Positions 28,498 to 39,680 of a stretch of 64,000 nucleotides of DNA are shown one piece after another. The notes below the pieces were generated by a model that made no database searches, was not told the DNA's origin, and worked only from the letters and a program-made list of their open reading frames with translations. Origin of the DNA: an uncultured virus (IMG/VR IMGVR_UViG_3300043773_001986). Taxonomy: Duplodnaviria > Heunggongvirae > Uroviricota > Caudoviricetes. The stretch lies in IMG/VR virus record IMGVR_UViG_3300043773_001986. One strand, written 5' to 3'. The stretch's first letter is position 1. Each line of letters opens with the position of its first letter. Made by a program: the position numbers and the translations under genes.

Positions 28498-31400
28498 TAA
28501 TCAGTTATTGTATCAAATTTTATCCATTTTCTTCTAAATCTATCAAAAGAAGTTTTTCCTTTTTTCAGACCAAAATAGAAGTGGAATGGTGCACCAATAG
28601 TGATGTTGTTGTCGTCAGGATTATTGTGTGACCATAATTGTCTATTACCATCTTCATCACCATTTTGGTCTGTAGCAAAAATATAACCAGTACCTTTAGT
28701 ATTACTATCATATCTAAAATATCTAGAAGTTTGTTGTAATCTGTCCATTGATTGATAGTTTGAACTAAAAAAAGTACCATTACTATTAATGGGGTTAGTA
28801 AACCAATTGTTTCCTTGAGACCCAAAAATACTCTCAGCAGCACCACCATCTGCGTTTGGTTGTATTTGCCATTGATAGAATGGAACTTCTTGCGAGAACA
28901 CAGGTATATTTGAAAACCCACAAATTGAACCTAAATTAGCATTGGTGTTGATTATATTTCTTTTTGGTGATATATAATCTCTAACTTGTGTATCACTTGA
29001 CCAAAATATTCCCATTACAACATCACTAGCAAACGGGCTATTGATATAAATAGGGTCTTGTCCATTTGGGTCAGTAGGATAATTTGCAGGTTCGAAAGCT
29101 GAAATTCCTAATTCGGAACTTATAGATATCATTTGGGCATAATCAGCATCAACAAGGTTTTTAAATAAATCTCTATTATTTAAGAAGAATTCAAATATAG
29201 TTCCACCTGCAGCACTCAATAATATACCAATAAAACTTAGATTTGTTAATCTACTTATTATAAGTAGATTTAATATCTCACTTACATCAGAATAAGATGA
29301 ATCATCCATTCTGTTAACAACATAACCATCAAATTCATCAGAAAAAACAAGTTCTTGTAAAAATTGAGACCTAGGACCTAAATCTAACATAGTTGTTGGG
29401 AACTTCAAGTTCCTATCATTCCCACCGAAAGGGATACCAGGTACGAAAGGTAATATGTTGAAAGTACTTGGTGGTGCACCAATAAATCCAGTCGTTGTTC
29501 CAGTTACGTATGGACTACTTCTATAATAAAAATTGTTTGTTGGGTGTAGATATAATGTCCTACGACAATATTGACTACGTGGTACATTATTAGCATCAAA
29601 AATTCTGTCATTTTTAAATGCAAACGCATACAAAGAACCATTAATCCAATTATTAACGAATAAATGAGACCACACATTTCTACAAGCACCGAAATTAACT
29701 AATAACCTTGATGTCCATTCATTAACAATTAAAAGGTCAGCAGGTAGTGATAACAAGATTTCTGAAATAAGTTGATAACATCCGTTTTTCATTATTTTTT
29801 TTCCAGTCACACCATTTGTGTAACAAATGTTATCATCAGGTTTTATTGAAATTTCGTTGTTCGTACCTACAGTATAACAAAATAATGGTACTGCATTCTC
29901 ACAAGTAAATGATTCAAAAACAGGATTGGGAACTGACTCAGAGGTAACTAAATCTAAATTTGATGGGTCAGCTCCTCCACCAATGAATGATGCTGTACCA
30001 GTAGTTCCTTGAGTTAAACCACTATCACTTAATCTGAACAAACTAAAGATTAGATTACTTTGTAATGGTAAGCTATTTCCTTGTACATCAGTAACGGTTG
30101 ATGAAGTTGGTAATCTATCTGAACGCATTATTATTTTTCTTGCATTCGTAGGTGTTGTTGCCGCTTGGAAATTATACGTATTGTTGTATCTTGGGGCAAA
30201 GTACCAACCATCAGCATAAAAATCAAATACTGCACTTGTAATACGAGATTTTTCTTGTCCCATCAAAGAACCACCATCTATAATTTCATTAACATAGTAT
30301 CCTCTCGTATCATAAAGATAATCATTAGGTAATGCCCCAAAATAATCACGATTACAGCCTGATGTGTTTGAACCAGCAGGAAATGTACCTAAAAATGAAT
30401 CAATTTCAACAGAAAACCCCCAATAATATGGTGAATTACCCCCTTGAAATGGTAAGGTTGGGTTTGCGAATTGATTAATGGTTGCCGCATGACTTTTCAC
30501 CCTCAAAACTTCTGAGTTGTTGTAAAACACTGAAGGTGTTTCAGCAAATCTACTTAAACTAATTTGACTTGTTGATGGTACATCGTTTGGTCTAAAACTT
30601 GCAGGAACAGATGAGTCCAAACTAGAATAATAACTTGGCATATCAGAAGTAAAACTACTAAATTTAGCCAAACCACTTGTGGACAATTCAAAATTAAAAG
30701 AATTATAGTATAGTGGTATTCCCGTTATTATATCTGACGTAGATAAAATATTTTGGGTTGTGCTTGTTATCCCAAAACTATGTCTCACAGCCCTTAGACC
30801 ATTTAGATTATTATTATTATTTGATGCTTGTATTGGTATATTAAGTTTATAATTACCTCTAACTATAACGTTACCTTGTGGTAGTCCGTTAACATCCAAG
30901 TCATATCCGAACAATCTACTCAAATCATATTCACAAGGTTGTCTGGTTGAATATGGGTCAACACCTCTTACAAGAAAAACAATAACTTGTTCAGTATTTT
31001 TTTTATACAATTTCATAGGATTGTATAATCTTGCTGGCGGGAACTGTTGATGTGGTGGTGATGGTGGATAATAACTATAAGAGTAAACACCATTTACCTC
31101 TCTTAACAATGTATCATTACCTAAAGTACGATGTGGTAATGTTTTATTATTACTTAAACTTGCTGACTGACATTGACCAGTATAATTTGAATAGGTCATA
31201 GCTGTAATTACTTGGAAATACTCAATATCCATAGGAAACTTATGGAATTGTGGGTCTCCTGAGAAAAATAAGTCATAACCCCCTAACACTGAGATAGAAC
31301 CATTACCATTTGGATTTGCATATGATAATTGTACATTTTCTATAGGTTGTTGACGATATGTTGAACCAGTTACAGCACCAGTTCCATATTGATTTAATTG

Positions 31401-33845
31401 TGTAAAACCATTAATATTTATATCCGAACTTAAGTTCGGGTCTTGGAACGTAATAATTTGACCAACTGGAAAATTTGATAAAGTATTTTCTTTACAAGAA
31501 ATTACTAACATATTATCCAAATGGAATTTTGTAAGTGGATTATTATTTGGTGTGTTGAAAGTTACTTTAATTCTGTTTACACCTCCACCAGGATTTGTTA
31601 TTTGATTCTCATCGAAATATTTAGCTTTTACGTTAAATAAATTAATTCTTTCCGCTAAAGTGAGGTTGTTAGTAAATAAAACTATTTTTGTTGGGTCTTC
31701 AGGTGTACTTACAGAAGGACAAGTAGTATCTGTTCCAAAACTTGAAAATTGGGGGACTCTTGCCTTACCTGATGGTTCATCACGAGTATATGCAGCACCA
31801 GCCAATAAAGCTTGTATACCACTTCTAAACTGAACATCAACATCTTTGACATCATATTGGGTAGGTAACATATATGTTGATAAAATACCATTTCCACCCG
31901 TTTCTGTGGCTGCTGCGACATAATTACCTGAGGATTGAACACTTGATGGTGGGGTACTTAACTCACCTCCTGGTTCACAAGAACACAATTCACAATTGGG
32001 ATAAACTAACAATGGTAAATTTATATTCAATATTTTTTTATACAAATTGAACATATCGTCCATAATTTGATTAATCTCTTCAGGGTCAATACAATCAATA
32101 GGTTCCAAACCAGCACCTAACCAATTCAAAAAAGCGACAATTCCCGCAATAACATAACATATTGGTAAAACGATATATAAAATAACCCCAACAATAATTC
32201 CAAATACGAACCCTAAAATTGCAACCAAAGCAGCAACAATATGAATTATAGGAACTAAACCAAATAAAATTGGTTTAAAAATAAACATAGCCACAAGTGC
32301 TAACAAATACAATAAATCAAATCTATAATTTGCATCATTGTTTGGAAACTTTACGTTATCACTTTCACACGCATCATCTAAATTATTTTTTATTCCAACG
32401 AATTCATTCGGTAAAAATCCCCTTCTATATTGGTCAATTAGTTGTGATACAGTGTAAACTTTGTTAAAAGACATTAAATAAAATGTATCTTCGCAATTAA
32501 TTGCAGTTTGAGGGTCAACATAATCATTCCAATCTAAACTAAAGGAATACGATTTTTTTGCTAATTCATTGTTTGGATAAAAGTTTGGGTCAATAGTTGG
32601 TGGTATTGATAATGGGTTAGTTATCCAATCTTGTATAACTAAGGGGTCTTTGTCCACATTTACTTCCCAACCATATTCTCTAACATTTGGAACTAAGAAA
32701 TAACCTCTTTTTATGTCCTCAGACAAAGTAGGTGATTGATTCCATTTAATTTTAAATCGATATTTTCCTCTTGTCGGAATACCAACTTTTGGGTCATTAG
32801 AAATTACTCTTTCACCAAACTCATTAGTTGTGACATAATCTAAATTCATAGGTACGTCAACCAACCAAGCACCATTATCGTCAATAACTTGACCTCCTGA
32901 TTCCAAAGGGAAAGTTTCTAAAACAGGTCTTCCTGTATCATCATTAAATATTGTTTGTCTAATTGCTAATATTTCACCAGGGCCTGCAACTAAGTTACAC
33001 AAATCACCACTTCTTAATTTTGGTCTGCATCTCTGAGTTTGAAATTGGTCGTTACCATTTGAGAAAATACTACCCATAAAAATTGCTGTTGGCGTAATTT
33101 CTATACCTGATTCCTCTGTAATATCGAAATCAGTTCTTGTAATTCCAATAGTACAAACTTCAGGTTGACCCCACAATGGCTCAACATTAATTGTTCTATT
33201 AAGTGTTATTATTTGTGGTAATGTATTTAGGTCGGTCGATGTTCTGAATTCTGTACCAGCAACTTGAGATTCGGTCGCAACACCCAATCTAATTAAATCT
33301 TGGGGTGATAATGAAAACTCACCAATATCAGATAAGTCAATATCAACGTGAATTGTTTGAGTACCTAATGGAACACCAAATATTAAAAAGTCCCCACTAT
33401 CATTTGTTTTTACCGTAAATTTATAATATTTGTCGTAAACTTCTATTAAATTTGGGTCTGTAAGTACATCTATTCTGTCAGGAAAAGAACCAGTCGGGTT
33501 ATGTCCACTATGTGATTTAACATAAGGTAATAGATTATATCTATAACCATCTTCATTAGTATCACTTAAAAGTTTATAGGGATATAAATCAGATATAATA
33601 GGATTGTTTTCATCCTCATTGGATAGAGGGATGAAAATAGACACTTTACAATTTGGTAAACCGAACCCTGAATTAGCGGTAATTCTTCCAGCAACAACAC
33701 CATAATCTGAACATAATCTAGTGTAAATTTGACTTTGAAGAATCTTTAATGAAAGGATTTCTAATTGTTCGAAATCTTGTTCTAATAGTACATTTACGTA
33801 CTTATCCTTACCGACTTCGGTTCTTATTCTATATGATTGAGACAT
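28497..33845 (-). CDS. large structural protein: N-terminal carboxypeptidase-regulatory-like beta domain and internal hydrophobic helices
   Basis: GVVAGRIT...LPNCKVSI...TNDSGDFLIFGVPLG; about 70 aa nearly uncharged segment. Confidence 0.6.
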   Translation of the reverse strand: MSQSYRIRTEVGKDKYVNVLLEQDFEQLEILSLKILQSQIYTRLCSDYGVVAGRITANSGFGLPNCKVSIFIPLSNEDENNPIISDLYPYKLLSDTNEDGYRYNLLPYVKSHSGHNPTGSFPDRIDVLTDPNLIEVYDKYYKFTVKTNDSGDFLIFGVPLGTQTIHVDIDLSDIGEFSLSPQDLIRLGVATESQVAGTEFRTSTDLNTLPQIITLNRTINVEPLWGQPEVCTIGITRTDFDITEESGIEITPTAIFMGSIFSNGNDQFQTQRCRPKLRSGDLCNLVAGPGEILAIRQTIFNDDTGRPVLETFPLESGGQVIDDNGAWLVDVPMNLDYVTTNEFGERVISNDPKVGIPTRGKYRFKIKWNQSPTLSEDIKRGYFLVPNVREYGWEVNVDKDPLVIQDWITNPLSIPPTIDPNFYPNNELAKKSYSFSLDWNDYVDPQTAINCEDTFYLMSFNKVYTVSQLIDQYRRGFLPNEFVGIKNNLDDACESDNVKFPNNDANYRFDLLYLLALVAMFIFKPILFGLVPIIHIVAALVAILGFVFGIIVGVILYIVLPICYVIAGIVAFLNWLGAGLEPIDCIDPEEINQIMDDMFNLYKKILNINLPLLVYPNCELCSCEPGGELSTPPSSVQSSGNYVAAATETGGNGILSTYMLPTQYDVKDVDVQFRSGIQALLAGAAYTRDEPSGKARVPQFSSFGTDTTCPSVSTPEDPTKIVLFTNNLTLAERINLFNVKAKYFDENQITNPGGGVNRIKVTFNTPNNNPLTKFHLDNMLVISCKENTLSNFPVGQIITFQDPNLSSDININGFTQLNQYGTGAVTGSTYRQQPIENVQLSYANPNGNGSISVLGGYDLFFSGDPQFHKFPMDIEYFQVITAMTYSNYTGQCQSASLSNNKTLPHRTLGNDTLLREVNGVYSYSYYPPSPPHQQFPPARLYNPMKLYKKNTEQVIVFLVRGVDPYSTRQPCEYDLSRLFGYDLDVNGLPQGNVIVRGNYKLNIPIQASNNNNNLNGLRAVRHSFGITSTTQNILSTSDIITGIPLYYNSFNFELSTSGLAKFSSFTSDMPSYYSSLDSSVPASFRPNDVPSTSQISLSRFAETPSVFYNNSEVLRVKSHAATINQFANPTLPFQGGNSPYYWGFSVEIDSFLGTFPAGSNTSGCNRDYFGALPNDYLYDTRGYYVNEIIDGGSLMGQEKSRITSAVFDFYADGWYFAPRYNNTYNFQAATTPTNARKIIMRSDRLPTSSTVTDVQGNSLPLQSNLIFSLFRLSDSGLTQGTTGTASFIGGGADPSNLDLVTSESVPNPVFESFTCENAVPLFCYTVGTNNEISIKPDDNICYTNGVTGKKIMKNGCYQLISEILLSLPADLLIVNEWTSRLLVNFGACRNVWSHLFVNNWINGSLYAFAFKNDRIFDANNVPRSQYCRRTLYLHPTNNFYYRSSPYVTGTTTGFIGAPPSTFNILPFVPGIPFGGNDRNLKFPTTMLDLGPRSQFLQELVFSDEFDGYVVNRMDDSSYSDVSEILNLLIISRLTNLSFIGILLSAAGGTIFEFFLNNRDLFKNLVDADYAQMISISSELGISAFEPANYPTDPNGQDPIYINSPFASDVVMGIFWSSDTQVRDYISPKRNIINTNANLGSICGFSNIPVFSQEVPFYQWQIQPNADGGAAESIFGSQGNNWFTNPINSNGTFFSSNYQSMDRLQQTSRYFRYDSNTKGTGYIFATDQNGDEDGNRQLWSHNNPDDNNITIGAPFHFYFGLKKGKTSFDRFRRKWIKFDTITD

Positions 33846-33918
33846 TAATTATCTTTTGAAATAAATAGTTTATACGTTCATTTCAAAAAGATAATTCAAT
33901 ACAATTCAAAATAAATCT

Positions 33919-35757
33919 TTACGAAAAATTGACCGTACTCAAATTCTTAACACGCACACTAATATCTTTACCAGGATATCTTACTTGATAAGTTTGACTA
34001 GGTTCTGCAAAAATTGTGTCATCTATTAATTCAATCTGTTTAGTTTCACTATCTGAATACCTTTGTGATGTTTGAGATGATGAATATTCACCACCTACTT
34101 TATTAAACACCGATATGTTTGATAGAGTTATTACACCATTCTGTGATTGTAATATTCTTCTTAATTCTGATATATTAACATTTTCACCTAAGTTTCTAAC
34201 TGAAGGTGACATAAAATTAGTTACATTATCAACTATTTGAGTTATTACGGCACCTTGATTCTGACTATTATCTAAAACAACATCTATCGTAAATGCTAAG
34301 TCGATTACATTCGCAGTTTCGATAGAAATGTAGTCATTAATCATTCTATAATTCGATAAGTAATTAGCTACGTTATTTTTGAGTGTGTTTGAAACCACCT
34401 CAGTCAATCTACCAGTTTCATCATAAGACAACATTTTAATTTTAATTTTATTGTTCTCCTCTGTGATTGTAACCTTGGCTGGTGCTCCAAATTGTGAAGG
34501 CATTGTTCTTATTAATGATTCATAATCATTAATTGTAACAGCTCTGTTTTGTGCTGAAAAGTTGAATGTCACTAAATTTCTTACTTCTTCGGTAGTTGGT
34601 GCTGGTGCTCCTCCAATTGCTGCAGTGACATTTGTACAAGACAAAGAATTAATTACACTTGTATTTACCGAAGTTGAAGGTCCGTTGACATTAAAGTTTA
34701 TTGTACCTATCTGAGTAATTACGTTTACACCTAAATTACTTCCAGTACCTCCACCTATTCTATATTGAATGAATAGTGTACTATTAGCTTTCAATGTACT
34801 ACCTAAAGCAAAGTTGTTTGAATATTTGTATAAGTTTAATTCAAAACCATTTCTAGCAAATTCTCTTAATTGTTCGTCTGCTGATTGACTACCACCACCA
34901 AAAGTTAATTTACAGAAACCCTCAGGTGTAAATTCTGATATAAATTTTGTATTTGTTTGAACATATTTTCCTACCTTAATACCAGGATTGTCAGATACTT
35001 TGGTTGGGTCTTCGATGAATACCCTATCTTCAACCAATGCTTTAACTTCATACCATCTATTTTCTAAACCTAAAAATTCTTCAGCTGTAGGGACATTTGC
35101 ATATTGAGTACCATCTTTAAGTAAAACACTCGTTACACCTAAAACGTTTCTTTCGGGTAAAAACAACTCAAAAAAAGGTTTTATGTCATTTGCGGTAATA
35201 ACTCTCTTGAATACCTTTGTAGTACCATTTACTACAGTTTCTCGTTTTACTATGGTGTAGTTTAATAATCTATTATTAGAATCAAAATTTGGTATTTTTA
35301 ATCTATTTGGAACACCATCCGAACTTATTGGCGAAGCAAAATCAATATCACTCACAGTTTCAAAAACTTGACCAGCCCCATTAACCTGAGACCCTCTCCT
35401 TAAAATACCACAATATCTTAAGTCCTCAGTATCACCATAAACAGGCACTGTTATTGAGAAATCAACCAATGCCACAGAAGGTCTTTGACCAGGTACTTTC
35501 AGTCCATAAGTTCTTGCTATATTAAAAATGGAAGACCTTTGTTGTGCATATTGTAGTACGGTTTCTTGTACACTTCTATCTATATTGTATTGTAAGTTAT
35601 CTGAAACCGCAGCATTTAAATCCAATAGAGCCGAAAATATTGAGGCATCATTGAAATTATCAATTAGGTCTGGGTAATATGTTCTTGTAAAATTAATAAG
35701 TTCCGTTCTTATGGATTGGAAATCTCTGGTTGTATATGATATTTTTTTGTTAGCCAT
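33919..35757 (-). CDS. baseplate wedge subunit (T4 gp6 / baseplate J-like)
   Basis: YTTRDFQSIRTELINF, IARTYGLK, LTFGGG, YRIGGG.GSN and FSAQNRAVTINDYE motifs. Confidence 0.9.
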   Translation of the reverse strand: MANKKISYTTRDFQSIRTELINFTRTYYPDLIDNFNDASIFSALLDLNAAVSDNLQYNIDRSVQETVLQYAQQRSSIFNIARTYGLKVPGQRPSVALVDFSITVPVYGDTEDLRYCGILRRGSQVNGAGQVFETVSDIDFASPISSDGVPNRLKIPNFDSNNRLLNYTIVKRETVVNGTTKVFKRVITANDIKPFFELFLPERNVLGVTSVLLKDGTQYANVPTAEEFLGLENRWYEVKALVEDRVFIEDPTKVSDNPGIKVGKYVQTNTKFISEFTPEGFCKLTFGGGSQSADEQLREFARNGFELNLYKYSNNFALGSTLKANSTLFIQYRIGGGTGSNLGVNVITQIGTINFNVNGPSTSVNTSVINSLSCTNVTAAIGGAPAPTTEEVRNLVTFNFSAQNRAVTINDYESLIRTMPSQFGAPAKVTITEENNKIKIKMLSYDETGRLTEVVSNTLKNNVANYLSNYRMINDYISIETANVIDLAFTIDVVLDNSQNQGAVITQIVDNVTNFMSPSVRNLGENVNISELRRILQSQNGVITLSNISVFNKVGGEYSSSQTSQRYSDSETKQIELIDDTIFAEPSQTYQVRYPGKDISVRVKNLSTVNFS

Positions 35758-35761
35758 AGAA

Positions 35762-36220
35762 TTATATATTAATAATTACAAAGTCACTACTTTCAAAAGC
35801 AGTATCAGTTGATATGTAGTCAATTTTTATTTTTGCTGTGTGTTCCATTTGTCCAATACCTGGTACTCTAAACTCTCTTTGGTTATCTTCATTTATGTAG
35901 TATCCTTTATCTTCTTCACCCTCCGAGGCAGGTGTTATAGTCACATTTGTTATTGTTATACCAGGTATGAATTCCGCAACAGAATCTCTAATTTCTGATT
36001 CTAAATCAGAAAAAGTAGGACCATCCAAAGGTTCGAATAGATACTCATATAATCTTGTTCCAAAGTCAGGTAAATAATATCTTGTACCTTTTCTAGTTAA
36101 CAATAAATGAATTAAATTACTTCTGATTTCTTGTTCAGTTGTTTGAGATAAACTTAAGTAATTTCCTTCATAAGAATCCTTGAATGGGAAATTTATACCA
36201 TATGTAAAACCATTTGCCAT
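35762..36220 (-). CDS. baseplate wedge protein, gp25/GPW family
   Basis: GINFPF...IRSNLIHLLLTRKGTRYYLPDFGTRLYEYLFEP. Likely start is ATG 36220. Confidence 0.9.
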   Translation of the reverse strand: MANGFTYGINFPFKDSYEGNYLSLSQTTEQEIRSNLIHLLLTRKGTRYYLPDFGTRLYEYLFEPLDGPTFSDLESEIRDSVAEFIPGITITNVTITPASEGEEDKGYYINEDNQREFRVPGIGQMEHTAKIKIDYISTDTAFESSDFVIINI

Positions 36221-36261
36221 AACAATAAATATATACCCTATATTTTTTCTATAAATACCAT

Positions 36262-36293
36262 AAAACAAAAAATCACGACCTTAAGTCGTGATT
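36262..36293 (-). terminator. intrinsic terminator after nrdA
   Basis: 9-bp stem AATCACGAC/GTCGTGATT followed on the minus strand by TTTTGTTTT. Confidence 0.8.
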
Positions 36294-36300
36294 CTTATTT

Positions 36301-38718
36301 TTAAGATGAACATCCAAAACAATCAAAAGGTGAATCCGTTGGTTTGTTTGTAACAGGTTCAATATGAGGTAAGGTTGGTGTTACTTTTGGTTTATCCATC
36401 TTGGATATATCCATAGCCAAATGTTTTGCTCCTGTTGATATTGCCTTTGTTCTCACATAATAACAAAGTGTTTTTAAACCTTTTTGCCATGCGTGGAAAT
36501 GTGATGAAGTAATCTTCGATAAAGTAGGATTACCCATATAGATATTCATTGATTGTGATTGGTCAATAAAAGGTCCTCTATCTGCCGCCATATCAATTAA
36601 TTCTCTTTGTGATATTTCCCAAATCGTTTTGTACTTCTTAATCAAGTGTTCAATTCTTTTAACTTTTTGATTATACTTTTTGTCTTCGGGGTCTAAGTAG
36701 TTGTTGAAATTAATATTTTGAATTGAGCCTTCATTGTATATAATTTCATTTTTCAAATCTTCACCCCAAATACCAAGTTTCTCAAAGTCATTAATAAGAT
36801 ACTTATTTACAATCATGATTTCACCACCAACTACTCGTCTGTTGAAGATTGCTGAGTGAGCGGGTTCTGTCATTTCATATGAACCAGTAATCTTAGCAGA
36901 ACTTGCTACAGGCATTTGAGCAGTAAACAATGAATTACAAATACCATATTGTTTAACATTTGACTTTAATACTTCCCAAGGCCATCTACCTGATAAATCA
37001 GATTCTGTTAATCCCCACATATCAAATTGGAATTGACCTTGTGACATTGGTGAACCATCAAAATGGACATATTTACTATAATCACCATCAATTACCAACC
37101 TATTACTTTCGGTGATTGCAGCAAAATAAATTGTTTCAAAAATTTCTTTGTTTAATTTTTTTGCTTCAGGTGAAGTAAACTCATAATCCATAAGATAAAA
37201 CACATCAGCTAAACCTTGAGTTCCTATAGCAATAGCTCTTTGTTCTCTACCACCTTTTTCACCTTTTGCTGTTGAGTAGTTATTAATATCAACAACTTTG
37301 TTTAAAGCTCTTACAACCTTTCTTGTTTCTTCATAAAGAAGTTGAAAATCAAACTCACCATCTTTTACAAAGTTTTTCAATACCATTGAAGATAGTGTAC
37401 ATATTGCTGTAGTTTTCTCGTCAGTAAATTGGTAAATCTCGTTACAAAGATTTGATTGTTTAATAACCCCAATGTTCTGATGATTAGTTTTGTTGTTAGC
37501 ATTATCTTTAGAACAAAGGTAAGGTACACCAGTCTCAATTTGAGATTCAATTACCTTAGTCCAAACATCTGTTGCTTTTACTTTTTTACCTAAACCTAGA
37601 TTTACCGCTTGTTCATAAACACTTTCGTATTCTGTACCAAAACATTCTTGTAATGGTTTTAAACCAGCTTTCTTAATATCATTAGGACAGAACAAATACC
37701 AATCACCACCCTCTTTTACGGCTCTCATAAAATTATCAGGAATCCACAAAGCTGTGAACAAATCCCTTGCTCTTAGTTCTTCTGCACCTGTATTCTTTTT
37801 AATGTCCAACAAGTCAAAGATATCTTTATGCCAAGGTTCAAGATAAATTGCGGCAGAACCTGGTCTTCTACCTTGTTGGTTAAAGAATCTTAATGATTCA
37901 TTTGCTATTTTAAGATATTTTAACAAACCTCCAGCAAAACCACCAGATGTGCTTAATCTACTCTCCTTACTTCTAATATTTGACATACAAAGCCCAATAC
38001 CTGCAGCATCGGCAGAATAAGTAGAAATGTCATTCATCGTGGCCAACAATCCCTCTCTTGAGTCATCATTGTTATAATGTAGAACACAAGATGCCAATTG
38101 AGGAATCTTTGTACCCGCATTAATCATAATTGGTGTTGCAGGGGATATTAATTGATTTGATAATGACTTGTAGTATTCTACAGCTTCATCAAATGATTTT
38201 GTTACCCATAGTGCAACCCTCATATACATATGTTGGGGTCTTTCCACAGTTACACCTTCAGGTGTTTTTAACAAATACATTTCAAATAAGGAACGCCAAG
38301 CAAAGTAATCAAAGTTATAATCGTTTTCGTGATTGATTACTTCATCAATATTTAAATCACCATAGGAATCAATCATATTGATTAACTCTTGATTTACAAT
38401 ACCAAGGTCGGCCAACGACTTCATTGTTTCACTAAAACTCTCATTTGTTTCTTTGTGATATGAAGATATTGCAACAGAAGATGCCAACCTCGAATAATCG
38501 TGGTGGCTACCTGTATATGATGCAGCAATTTCATAAATCAACTTATCAAGTTGTTTTGTTGATATGACACCTTCTGTTGGTACGGAAGTAATAACCTTAA
38601 TAAAAATCTGGTCAGAGTTTACATTTAAGTTCTTACTCGCTTTTTTTATTCTGTTTTGTATTTTGGTGGGGTTAAAGGATACAACATCCCCATCCCTTTT
38701 TTGAATTCTTAATGACAT
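36301..38718 (-). CDS. nrdA: ribonucleotide reductase class Ia alpha subunit with ATP cone
   Basis: IQKRDG ATP cone, ERPQHMYMRVA, SPATP, LASC, SNLCNEI, KTLCYYVR and C-terminal CFGC. Confidence 0.97.
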   Translation of the reverse strand: MSLRIQKRDGDVVSFNPTKIQNRIKKASKNLNVNSDQIFIKVITSVPTEGVISTKQLDKLIYEIAASYTGSHHDYSRLASSVAISSYHKETNESFSETMKSLADLGIVNQELINMIDSYGDLNIDEVINHENDYNFDYFAWRSLFEMYLLKTPEGVTVERPQHMYMRVALWVTKSFDEAVEYYKSLSNQLISPATPIMINAGTKIPQLASCVLHYNNDDSREGLLATMNDISTYSADAAGIGLCMSNIRSKESRLSTSGGFAGGLLKYLKIANESLRFFNQQGRRPGSAAIYLEPWHKDIFDLLDIKKNTGAEELRARDLFTALWIPDNFMRAVKEGGDWYLFCPNDIKKAGLKPLQECFGTEYESVYEQAVNLGLGKKVKATDVWTKVIESQIETGVPYLCSKDNANNKTNHQNIGVIKQSNLCNEIYQFTDEKTTAICTLSSMVLKNFVKDGEFDFQLLYEETRKVVRALNKVVDINNYSTAKGEKGGREQRAIAIGTQGLADVFYLMDYEFTSPEAKKLNKEIFETIYFAAITESNRLVIDGDYSKYVHFDGSPMSQGQFQFDMWGLTESDLSGRWPWEVLKSNVKQYGICNSLFTAQMPVASSAKITGSYEMTEPAHSAIFNRRVVGGEIMIVNKYLINDFEKLGIWGEDLKNEIIYNEGSIQNINFNNYLDPEDKKYNQKVKRIEHLIKKYKTIWEISQRELIDMAADRGPFIDQSQSMNIYMGNPTLSKITSSHFHAWQKGLKTLCYYVRTKAISTGAKHLAMDISKMDKPKVTPTLPHIEPVTNKPTDSPFDCFGCSS

Positions 38719-38727
38719 AGTTTAATT

Positions 38728-39678
38728 TTAAAAATCGTCTGTGAATGAAATTGTTTCGTTAAGTTTTGCTTTTTGATACTCAACCGTTCTTGATTCAAAG
38801 AAGTTACCTTTTGTTTCAACGGCAATTTGTTCCATAAACTTGAATGGTTGTTCTACATTGAAATGTTTACTACATCCCAACTTAACCAGTAAACCATCAA
38901 CAACAAACTCCAAATATTGTTTCATAAGATTGGAGTTCATACCGATTAAAGATACTGGTAGTGATTCTGTAATAAACTCTTTTTCAATTTCCAATGCTGA
39001 AAGTAATATTTCTTTTATTCTTTTTTCACTTGGTTTGTTTTCAATATGGTTGTTCAATAAGTGAATTGCGAAATCACAATGTAGGTTTTCATCTTTGAAA
39101 ATCAAGGAGTTAGCATTACAAAGTCCTTGCATAATTCCTCTTGATTTCAACCAAAAGATAGAACAGAATGAACCTGAAAAGAATATACCTTCTACCGCAG
39201 CAAAAGCTACCAATCTTTCTTGGAAGGATGCTTTTTCAATCCAATTTAATGCCCACTTGGCTTTCTTCTGAACTGCGGGTAATCTATCGATTGCATTGAA
39301 ACATTCATCTTTTTCTTCAGGATTGGATATATAAGTATCAATTAACAAAGAATACATTAGTGAATGGATATTTTCCATCATCAATTGAAATCCATAGAAA
39401 AATTTTGCTTCAGGATATTGCACTTCTCTATAAAAGTTTTCAGCCAAGTTCTCATTGACAATCCCATCAGATGCTGCAAAGAATGATAATACATTTTTAA
39501 CAAAGTATTGTTCATTCTCTGATAAGTTCTGCCAATCCCTAATGTCTCCACTTAAATCAACTTCTTCAGCTGTCCAAAACGCAGCCTGATGTTGTTTGTA
39601 GTATTCCCAAATGTCGTGGTATTGGATTGGGAAAATCACAAAACGATTGGGATTTTCTGTTAATATTTTTTCTGTCAT
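38728..39678 (-). CDS. nrdB: ribonucleotide reductase class Ia beta subunit
   Basis: [39 protein letters not shown] and NFFE motifs. Confidence 0.97.
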   Translation of the reverse strand: MTEKILTENPNRFVIFPIQYHDIWEYYKQHQAAFWTAEEVDLSGDIRDWQNLSENEQYFVKNVLSFFAASDGIVNENLAENFYREVQYPEAKFFYGFQLMMENIHSLMYSLLIDTYISNPEEKDECFNAIDRLPAVQKKAKWALNWIEKASFQERLVAFAAVEGIFFSGSFCSIFWLKSRGIMQGLCNANSLIFKDENLHCDFAIHLLNNHIENKPSEKRIKEILLSALEIEKEFITESLPVSLIGMNSNLMKQYLEFVVDGLLVKLGCSKHFNVEQPFKFMEQIAVETKGNFFESRTVEYQKAKLNETISFTDDF

Positions 39679-39680
39679 AA

